Positions 24,311 through 37,981 of a stretch of DNA of 64,000 nucleotides are shown piece after piece; positions within the stretch are counted from its first letter, which is position 1; the number at the start of each line of letters is the position of its first letter. The DNA is from Cyanophora paradoxa CCMP329 (Eukaryota > Plantae > Glaucophyta). The notes beneath the pieces are model-generated. The model was given only the letters and a program-made list of their open reading frames with translations. It did no database searches and was not told the origin of the DNA. The stretch lies in assembly GCA_004431415.1 (NCBI GenBank), contig QPMI01000036.1, forward strand, positions 124,001 to 188,000, in the 5' to 3' direction. A program made the position numbers and the translations under genes.

Positions 24311-24824
24311 CTAGGGCGCGGGCTGGGAGCCCCGCGGAGGCTTGGGCAGCTGCCCCGCAATCGCCTCGATCTGCCGGCGGCGCGTCGGGGGGTGCGCGGG
24401 ACCGGGCGGGCGGGCGGGGCACCTCCTCGTAGTTGAGGCCGCCGACGACCTCGCCGTTGACGCGCCGGAAGTTCGCCTCCACGCGCGCCGCCGTCGCCGC
24501 GTCGATGCCCATCACCGCCAGCTCGTCCCGCAGCGCCGTCCAGAAGTCCGTCTCCTCGGGGCCCTCCGGCTCCCGCTCATCGGCTGCCGCCGCGGCCCGC
24601 GCATCCCGCGCGGCCGCCAACGCCGCCTTCGCATCTGCCGCCGCGCGTTTGAGCGTCGGGCTGGAGGGAATGGTGCCGGACGCACCGCGCGGTGCGGGCT
24701 TGGCCGGCTCGGGGCCGACGGCGTAGTCGCTGCTGCGCACGCGAGGGAAGCGCGCCAGCATGTCCTGGAACTCGGCCTCCGTGAGCCCCTCGTCCTCGAT
24801 GTCCATCATCTCGTCGTCGCTCAT
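24311..24824 (-). CDS. Small hypothetical protein (2 exons)
   Basis: MSDDEMMDIE..EFQDMLARFPRVRSSDY..DFWTALRDEL..LNYEE, then a GT-AG intron, then IEAIAGQLPKPP..*. It looks like a real protein but I cannot name the family. Confidence 0.65.
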
Positions 24825-25152
24825 CTCCGCGTCGGTGGATGGGCTTTCGCTCCCGCTGCTACGCGCTCGGCTGCCCTCGTCGACGCGCGGCTTCTTCGTG
24901 ACCCTCAACTTTCTTTTGAGGAAAGACCGCGCGCCGAGGGACAGGAGGACCAGCAGCGCGAGGAGCGCTTCGGGTGCCAGGATGAGTTCTAGATGTTACG
25001 CGTCAAGGCTGCAAAGTCGCCGGACACGGGTGGAAGGTCGAAGCCGAGCGGCCCGAGCCGGCGGGGGGGCTACGGCAATTCAGAAACCAAGTTAGACAAC
25101 CGACAGGAGCAGCAGCGCCACTGCCAGACGCACAGCCGAGCGGGGCCAGACC

Positions 25153-27772
25153 ATGGCTTTCGTTCACCGAGCGCAAAGAGACACAGCGGGGGCGATCAAC
25201 GCGACGCCCTCAGCCGTCGGGCCTGGTGAGCCGAATTTGGCCCGCTTGCCGCAGCTGCCGCTTGAGGCGTTAGCTATGCGATGTGCTATTGCCGCAACGT
25301 CGAGCTGATGCGCTGCGGCGTCGCAGGCGTGTACCATGTCGAGCCAACGCGGCGGGTGGAGCCAGGGCACGCAGCCCGCCCGCTATTGGCCAAGCTTCAC
25401 GCTCCAGGGCTGATTTCCTGTGCCGCAGATATGCGCCATTCGCCAGCACAGCGGCGCGCGCGACGGCAGCGGATGCAGGGAACTCCGCATCAGCATCCAC
25501 ATTCACTCCGGGCCCTGGCTACTATCTCAGGGACACGCCAGTGAGGCAGTCGGACGCAGGCAGCAATGCATTCGTGACAAAAGTGCGTGGCAGGCCCGGC
25601 AGGGGCAGCGGAGCCAGTGCCCTGACGCCGGCGCAGGTGTCGAGGTTCCAGGGCCTTAACAAGACCGCAGCATCCACGCCGGGTGCGCCGGCGTGCGGCT
25701 CGCGGGCGGGGGCGACCGGCTGACCGCGGGCAGGCCCCGGGGCGTACAACGCGCCGGGGATGAAGCCGAAGCAGGCGCGGGACACGTCGCCGCCGGGCGA
25801 GCTGCGCGGGTCGGCGTCGGCGGCCCTCTACAAGCACGCGCCCTCCGCGCCCTCCATCCCCGCCCCGTCCCAGAGCTACGGCTACGAAGAGGGCCCCGGT
25901 GCGGGGCGCCCAGCGCCGGCCGGCCGGCGGCGCGGCGCGGCGCCTCACTCGGGGGCGCAGGCGGGGCGCTCATCATGCAGAAGTCGCCGCACCAGGGCCA
26001 CAAGGGCACCCGCGACGACATCGTGCGCCGCCCCGCCCCGCGGCCCCGCCCGCGCCGGCCCACGGGGCGCGCGCGCGCAGGCGGGGCCCGGGGAGTACAA
26101 CCCGACGCACAGCGTCGTGCTGCGCTCGGGGCGCGGCACCGACTTCGGGCGCTCCACCGGCAAGAAGGACGTCTTCCGCAACGCCTCGCCCGTCCCTGGG
26201 TCCGCCCCGCCCGCCCCGCCCCGCCCCGCGCCGGCGCGTGCCGCTGGCCGACGGCGGGGCGGCGGCAGGCCCGGGGAGTACACGCCGAGCGAGGTCGCGG
26301 GGGAGGGGTCGACGTCGGGCGCCGGGGGCGTGGGGGCGACGGGGCGCGGCGCCTGCGGCCGAGCGCCGTCTTCGCGTCGAGGAGCCCGCACATCGCCTTC
26401 AACAGGTCGCCCCAAGAGGCCGACTCGGTGCGCCCCGCCCCGCGGCGCGCGGCGCGGGCCGGCCGGTGACGGGGCGTGCGGGGCCAGTCGCCGGGCCCCG
26501 GGGCGTACAGCGGGGGGCAGCCGCTCTTCAAGAAGGCGCTGGAGAAGGTGCCGGAGAGCCTGCAGTTCTTCGGGTCGACAGTGAAGCGCTCCTACGAGGT
26601 GGAGCCGCAGCACTACAACGCCCCCTTCCGCTACAAGACCCCCGGCCCCGGCGCCTACGGCGACCCCAAGCAGGCCCTCCTCGAGCGCCCCGTCGCCCCG
26701 TGCGCCCCGCCGCCCCCCGCCCCCGCCCTGCGCCCCGCGCCGGGCGGCGAGCGGGGCGGCAGGCGATGCAGGGGGAGCGGAGGCCGTTCAACTCGTCGAC
26801 GGGGCGGTTCGGGCCGGACAGCGCGGCGGAGCGGGTGGCGGCGGTGGCGGCGCCGGGCCCCGGGGCGTACGACGAGTACGACGCGCGGGGGATGGCGTCG
26901 GACGTGCAGCGCAAGGTCGTCGGCCGCAACGGCGCCTTCGGCTCCACCGCCAAGCGCGACTTCGCCCGCCCCGTCAAGCCCGCCGTCCGCCCCGCCCCCC
27001 GCCGCCCCGCCGCGGCGGCCGCGCGTGACGCCGCGCAGGAGGACCCCGGCCCGGGGACGTACGAGCCGCGGCTGCCGGAGGGGAGGGCCCGAACCGGCGC
27101 CGCAGGCAGCAGTCCTCCTCGTTCGCCTCGAAGAGCGACCGCATGTCCAAGACCGCCCCGCCAAGGCCGCCTACGGTTCGCCCGCCCGCGCCCCGCCGCC
27201 CCGCCCCGCCGCCCCGCCGAGCGCCCGGCGCGCAGAGGTGCCGCCGCCTGGGGCGTACGACGTGGTCAAGTCGTGGGACGCGGCGGCGAACAAGCCCTAC
27301 CGACAGTCCAACGTCTTCATCTCCGCCCAGTCCCGCTTCTCCGGCCACAACGTCCGCCAGCGCGCCCCCGGAGCGCCCCGCTGCCGCGCCGACGCGCCGC
27401 GCAGGACCCATTCGCGACGCACGCCGTGGCCCCCGGGCCGGGGGCCTACGACGGCCGCTCCGCCAACCCCGCCGCCCTCCGCCAGAAGCACGGCAGCTCC
27501 GTCTTCGTCTCCAAGGCACCCGCCCCCTCCCCGCCCCCGTCGCCCCGCCCCGCTCACTGCCCCGCAGAATGACCGCTTCTCCAACAAAGTCGCCCCGAAG
27601 CCCGGGCGGGCACCAGGGTGAGCGGCCCTTGCCCGCGCCTCGCGCCCGCGGCCACCGACGGGGCGCGCCGGGCAGGCCCGGCCAGTACCACGAAGAGGGC
27701 TCCCTCGTCAAGCGCTCCTTCAACGTCACCATCGGTGCGGCCGCTCCCCACGCCGCGCTCGCTGCCATCTAA
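25153..27772 (+). CDS. SHIPPO/PGPGxY-repeat flagellar protein (STPG2/ODF3-like)
   Basis: About ten P-G-P-G-x-Y repeats after splicing, with FxSxxxRF-type spacers and C-terminal GSLVKRSFNVTI. Confidence 0.8.
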
Positions 27773-28064
27773 CTTACTCCTGCCCTGCCTCCCCAGACTG
27801 GTGACCGCAGCTTTGCAGCGTCTTTTTACTCTAGCACAGGTCCTTATGCAGCGTCCGTATGTACAAATAGAAATAGACGAAGCAGAAAGACGCAGCGGAA
27901 AGGTGCCAGGCCTAGGTGCCTGGTGCCTGACAGGGGGGGGGGGTACGCGTCGGGTGAAGCGCTCGGAACCTGCGGCGCGCGCAACGAGAGCCGGGCGGAT
28001 TGCACACGCGATACACGGCGCGAATTCGATTGCACAGCTGCGGCGGCGTTCGCTTCGTGCGGAG

Positions 28065-29863
28065 ATGAGCGGGAGGCGGGCAATTGCCCTGCTGCTCCTT
28101 CTCGGCCTCTTTGCCGCGGCGTACGCCGCGAGGCCTTGGGACAGTGTCTTGGAGCGTCTGAAGACGCCGTACCAGGTGGGCCTCGCCGCCTTGCGGCGCT
28201 GTATGCCGTTGCTGACGTCACCCGCCCGCCGCGCAGCTTCAGGGCGTGGTGCAGGACTCGTTAGCGGATTTCAGCACTGTAGAGCGACAAAATGAGCGAA
28301 CCGCATATACACTGCTCGATAAGCTAGTGGTGCGTGAACCTTCCGCGCGCTGTGTTCAGCGTTGCAGCAGGCTGAGCGCCAGCTGCGCAGTCGACGACAT
28401 TCTTCCGGATATTCAAAGTTAACTTGAATGCCGAGTGCAAGTTCTGGCAGGACGAGGGCGTCTGCGAGAAGCCGGACTGCAGCGTGTGCGAGTGCAGCAA
28501 GGACGAGGCGCGGCTTCTGCGTCCGATGGCGCGCAAGCTGTCTGACGCGCGATGTTGCAGATCCCGTCGACCTGGATGCAGGAGGACCTTAGCAAGGCAA
28601 CGTCGAAGGCGCCACTATGCCAGGATGGGGGGTCTGCACCAGCGACTGGAGGGGACGAAGTCGACCGCAGCCTGGATCGATCGAAGTTCGCGAACTGGAC
28701 AGACATGCAGGAGGAGTTCTGGACAGAGCCCGACCACTCTGCGGGCAAGCACCAGCTGTGCGGGCTCTAATCTGTCGGCTCATGCTCTCGTTCGCAGACC
28801 TGACGTACGTCAACTTGAAGATCAACGAGGAGCGATACACGGGCTATTCGGGGAACGCAGCGACGCGCATCTGGATGGCCATCTACAAGGAGAACTGCTT
28901 CCCTGGTTTGCACTGTGAAAGTTATGAGATCTGCTCGCCTGATCGCGACCGCAGGCTCTGCCGACCGCTGCCTGGAGGAGCGTGTGTTCTACAGGCTCAT
29001 CTCGGGGCTCCATGCGTCCATCACTGCTCACATCAGCAGGATGTACTGCGACCAGCCCGGCAACTCGCAGAACATCGACCTCTTCCACTACCGCCTTGGC
29101 ATGTTCCCTGACCGCCTGAACAACCTCTACTTCACGTACCTCTTCATGATCAGGTACGATGCACAGGGCTCTTTCGAACCCACAGATTGCAGCCTGACAG
29201 GCTCCCAGGGCCGCCTCGAAAGCAGCCACATTGCTGCGCCAGTACCCTTATAACACAGGCAACCCGGATGAGGATCAGAAGGCTCGGGGTGCTATGCATG
29301 ACGTTTTGTCGTCCCCGCTTTTCTCTGCTACTGTCTTCGACGAGTCCGGCATGTTCGATGGAGCTGACAAGGTCTGCAGCCTATTTGATAATGCCAGAAA
29401 GCATCTAATCCTGCCATGTAGGCCGGCATCAAAGCGGAGTTCAAGAAGCACTTCCGCAACATCAGCCGGATCATGGACTGCGTGCAGTGCGAGAAGTGCC
29501 GCATGTGGGGCAAGCTGCAGATTCTGGGCATCGGCACTGCCCTCAAGATCCTCTTCTCAGAGAAGCCGCTGGATGTCCACTACCTCGAGCGCAACGAGAT
29601 CATCGTGAGTTCACTCTTGCTTTCTGCATGATGTGAAGTGCTGACCCCTCCTCGGCCAGGCATTTATGAACACCATTGCCAAGCTCTCAAGGTCCATCCA
29701 GACGGTGGTCGACATGCGCAAGATTGCGATCGCCAAGAATACGAGATCCCTCTCTATGAGCATCGGCGGGGTGATTGGAGGCACAGTGCTCACCCTCTTC
29801 CTCCTCTCACGGTGGCTGTCGAGGAGGAGAGCAGCTGCAGCTCCCAAAAAGAAGGCAGAATAG
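28065..29863 (+). CDS. ERO1: Endoplasmic reticulum oxidoreductin 1, with a C-terminal TM segment and KKxx motif
   Basis: Signal peptide, [56 protein letters not shown] and [23 protein letters not shown]. Confidence 0.95.
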
Positions 29864-30230
29864 TAGTTGAGAGTTTAGCTTTTCGATGCTTCTAATAGGA
29901 CATAGTAAAAGTCCATGCATGAATTGCAAGGGGGCTTGCAGTTAATTGGCGAAGTTCGAATTCTAGATCTGCAAGTGTTTCGGGGGTACACGGCTCAGCT
30001 TGTGTTGGGCCAACCGGTACCGTACGCGTCGCCCGTTTCTCTCAGCGCCGCTGGGGCGCAACCTCCAGTTATCTCTGTAGCTGCTTCTCCGGCGCTCCCA
30101 AGGCTAGCGTCATAGTGAGAGTAGACTAATTGGGTGTGCGCGAAAGGCGCGCGGCAACCTCCAGCAGCGTGCGGACAGCTAGGGATCTTCCTGTAGTAAC
30201 TCTTCCGCACCTGTCGCCGGCCCCGTGGAG

Positions 30231-31573
30231 ATGGCGGAGGGCGGGGCGACGGGCATCAGTGTCAATGCAGTCCGCCGGCTAGCGCTTACGGCTATCGGAG
30301 CGGCGAAGGTGCGCTTCAGTGCAGAGTTCTTTGAATCCGCGGGCTAAGCTGCCGCCGCAGGCTGAGCCGCCCGGTCCGCTTCTCTCGGAGGAAGAAGTGC
30401 ACCCCGCAGTCAAGGGGGTTATCTCGCTGCACATCAAGGAGTGCAAGAAGCTGTACACAGGCGATCTTTCCACCTACACGAACTGCTTCATGCGCATCTC
30501 TGTCAGGAACCTCACGAAGCGCACTCGCGTTGCCCAAGTTAGCTACGGGACGGTCATGTGGGACCAGATCAAGCACTTCCCCGTTACCGTGCTCCGGAAC
30601 CGGAGGCACCCTTTCAACCTTCTCACGCTCCAGCTGTTCGCATTCGAGAGCCAGAATGCGATGTCCCACAAGCCGGTCGGTTCAGTCTCGCTCCACTTAC
30701 ACGACATCGTGAAGGCGTCGCCCGTCAGCGGCGAGTTCGACCTGTGGGACCGCCACCACATCGTCGGCGAGCTGCACCTCGATATCGCCTTCACGTGCGT
30801 GCTCCAGCGCGCCCGGGCCTGGTGCGGCGCCCCTAATGGCGCTGCGCAGCTACGGGTTCTTCGGCTACGGCTATTCCGTGCAGTTGAAGGACGAGCTCCA
30901 GCCGGAGCAGCACGTCGCCCACTCGCTGTTCCCCCGCGTCGACCCGCCCGAGGACAGGAGGGAGCCTCAGCGGCTGACCATGACGCCCAAGGCTGTCCGC
31001 CACCCAGCGTTCATCCCGTTCGCCCAGCGCGTTGTGCTCGGCTACGGGGCGTCGCTGGCGGCTATCCTGAACCGGGAGGAGGACGACGAGAAGGAGAGGG
31101 AGGACTTCGCGCTACTGAGGGCCTCCATGGGGCGGCTGGAGTCGCTGAGGGCGCAGTACACGGCCCTCTCGAGCCGCCACGAGCGCCTTGCCTTCTTGCG
31201 CCGCGTCATCCTCGCCTCCAACGCCCGCCTCGAGGCCGTCAAGGAGGACACTGACTTTGACGGCACCGAGCACGCCCCCAAACCCTACTTCCGCTACATG
31301 CGTCCAACCATCTCCCTCACCGGGCTCACCTATGCTGGGCCGAACGTCACAGGGCCGACATATGCGCAGCCCACGTGGGCGGGTGGCGATGAGCCGGGTG
31401 CTGGCAGAGGAAAGGGCATTTTCTCCTCTGTCATGACCCGATCAGCATTCAGGAGGGTAGGGTCGGCTCCACCCCAAGCACAGCAGCCTCCAAGCGTGCA
31501 GCTCTCTGAATCTAGGTCTCCAGTTGATGCTCCGCTTGCCCCAGCTCGCAGTAGTGCTGCCTTGATAGATTAA
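30231..31573 (+). CDS. C2CD6: C2-domain protein of the C2CD6/ALS2CR11 (CatSper-tau) family
   Basis: C2 domain (GVISLHIKECKKL..WDQIKHFPV..) followed, after intron ~30796-30849, by FTYGFFGYGYSVQLK..SLFPRVDPPEDRREP..TPKAVRHPAFIP. This matches the post-C2 signature of C2CD6 as I recall it. Confidence 0.7.
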
Positions 31574-31973
31574 GTATCTTTATGGGTGTCTGCTCTTAAT
31601 ATATTCTCATTTTACTTTCAAAGGCCACCACTCAATGGTCGCAACTGCAAGCTCGTGATTTTGTTTGCCCTCTGCAGCTGGAGCTATGCTAATATTAATC
31701 ATTGAATTTACTTGTGCACATCACTAGTACTGCCAGGCTGATCATGATCATGCAAATTAAATGATATCGATCAAGCTTTCAATTTCAACGCGTACGGTTC
31801 TAAGATCCACCAACTTGGCAAACGGTAATCGACTTGGCAAATGCAGCCTCCGAAGTTCTGAGGCGCCTCTACAGCTTAAGCTTCAAGAGATCAAGATAAA
31901 GAAAGACGCTAACATAGAGCCTACGATAGCTCAGTGACTGCCAGGCTGGGTTCAGCGACACACTGTGCGACAT

Positions 31974-33199
31974 TCAGCGACAGATCTTGAGGCTGATGTC
32001 CACTGTGGGGACTCCCTGTGTCAAGCATCCGAGGCTGATGATGTCAACATTGTCACAAGCAAAATTCTTGACAGTGTCTGGGGTGATGCCGCCGCTTGCC
32101 TCGAGCAGCACGCTTGGGTACGCCGTCTGCGCCCGCAGCAGTCAGCATACATTCAGACAAAGGATGCCCCGGATGAGCACCTTCACATCCTTTGCTGCAA
32201 TCTTCAGATTCTCAGCACTTAGGTTGTCCAACATGACAATGTCAGCACCAGCCTTGCATGCCGTCTTCGCGTCTTCTACAGAGCTGCACTCAACCTCAAT
32301 CTGTCGGCATATGTTCAGAGAATAGGAGCTCTTCTGGCCAATTGCACTGCTGAACCTTCAAGGAGAAGCCACCAGCAGACCTCGCCTTCTGAATTGCCGC
32401 AGGGATGCTTCCACACGCAGCGATATGGTTGTCTTTCAACATAATCATGCAAGAGAGATCCATACGGTGTGTGTCTGCCCCAGCAACAACAAGTGCATAC
32501 TTCTCGACCAAGCTGGATAGAAGTATCAGATATCGATTTAGCGAGCGAAAATTAGGGTTCGCAGAAAGGGAACAGAGCGCACCGAAATCCCGGCGTGGTT
32601 TTACGAGTGCCAGCGAGAGAGCCTTTCCAGCCCACACTCCTCACATCGTCAACGACCTTCCTGGCTACGGTGGCAATCCCGCAGGCCCGAGCGAGGATGT
32701 TGAGGCCAGTGCGCTCGCCCATAAGAATATGCCGAGCTTTTCCCCGCACAATGGCAAGCTTGGTAATCGGCGCGAACTTCTCCCCTTCCCCAACGAGCCT
32801 GCCCAAAGTGAGCCGCACTGAGGCAGCGATCAATTCGAGGCTGGGGGCCATATTGCCGCACCATGTCACTTCGCACTGAAGCTGGCGGAATACCTCGTTG
32901 AAGAATGGCACGCCGGCCAGCACGCCGTGGCCTTTGCCGAGCAGGTTGGCAGTGAGCACGTTCTCGCCAACGGTGTATCCTGGATCGCGCGCAGGCGCGT
33001 TCGGCGCTAGGAACGTGCGGAAACGACAAGAAGAGGCGCGCACCGCCCACATCAAAGCTCGGGATGTCCTCGCGCAGCCAGGACTCGACGAGGGACGGCA
33101 GCGCGGGGGGGAGCAGGTGCTCTGCGGGCGCGGTCGGCAGGCGGTTTGATCAGCAGGCACTCCGATCGGCTTTCAGGGGGGGCGCGGACCATGCGCCAT
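31974..33199 (-). CDS. nadC: Quinolinate phosphoribosyltransferase (nicotinate-nucleotide pyrophosphorylase)
   Basis: WLREDIPSFD, ERTGLNILARACGIAT, AGTRKTTPGFR, HRMDLSCMIMLKDNHI, DIVMLDN and VDISLKI. Confidence 0.95.
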
Positions 33200-33329
33200 G
33201 ACCGAGCGAGGGCCTGCGAACGAAGTTAGGGTACTCCCCCACCAGCCGACTGAGGCCCGACTCGATCCTCCCAGCAAGCCTTCTGCCCGCCCTCCTGCCA
33301 GTCCGGATCTTTCAGCGTTGCTCTGCATA

Positions 33330-33679
33330 ATGTTCGGCGCCTTCAGGGGAACGGCGGCAGCACTCAGCGGGCTTGTGAACAAGGGCGCCCGCGCGTTCAA
33401 GCCCACGCGCAAGCGGAACGTCCAAAAACGAATGGCACAGGCCCAGGCCGTCGAGATCTTTGTGCGCGGGGTTTGGCCGCGCGGTTCCAGCGCGTGGCGG
33501 CGGAGCGTCATGCTGATTGGCTTTGCAGGTGAAGAACGCGGAGCGCCTTCTCGAGGAGGATCGGCAGCTTGTCCGGCAAATGGAATCGGCGCTGCAGAAG
33601 GTGCGCCAATGCCCCGCGACAAATGCACACATAACGAACACGAGCGCAGGCTGATCAGGCCTCTTCGAAGACGGGGTAA
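33330..33679 (+). CDS. Probable mitochondrial ribosomal protein mL60 (yeast Mrpl31-like), 3 exons
   Basis: The spliced product MFGAFRGTAAALSGLVNKGARAFKPTRKRNVQKRMAQAQAVEIF.. resembles the MFGxF..GL..K..R..QK.R..R.R N-terminus of mL60. Confidence 0.55.
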
Positions 33680-34058
33680 AGCGCTGGAGTAGCCGACGTC
33701 GAACACTCATATCTCTTTCCGTGGCGGACATCGGAAGCGCGCTGCTGGGCCTCTGAATCGCACCGGCTCCTGAGCAGTAGCGCGCTGCTAGGCTCCTGAG
33801 CTCCTTGCCGTCCCCCATTGCACGCGTGTGATGTTGATTGATGCAACTTCATAGTTTAATACACTCAACATACTGGAGGTTGCAATTGCTTCGAATTCGG
33901 CCGTGGCCTTATGGGGGGCATTGGCCATGGGCGCCTGCAGCAGCCGAGCGCCCCGATGCTGAATCAAAGTAGGCTCCCTGCATGCGTGGTTCTGGTTCGT
34001 TAAGAATACATCTACTAGGCTGCGCAACGGCGCAGCGTCTTCGCTGGAAGAGCTATAG

Positions 34059-37655
<3,597 letters not shown>

Positions 37656-37981
37656 GATCCGACCGTCGGACTTGCCGGTGAACTGGCTGTACCCCAATCC
37701 GATCGGCTCCAAGCCGACTCGGTGAGCGGCTCCAAGCCCAACCCAGGCCCTGCGAAATCCCTTGAGCGCCATCACGCCTACGATCTCATGATCATTGATC
37801 AATACACACAACTATACAGGGCGAGGGGCATGCAACCGCCTCAGCCATATCGCATACAAAAGAGGGATGCGCGATCCCGTGTTTACAAAAAGAATGCTGC
37901 TTCAAAGTTGAAAAAGAGTGGCCGCGGCGATGGAACGCGCGCTGCCTGCCTGTCTACGGCGAAACGAATCGGACCACGAGC

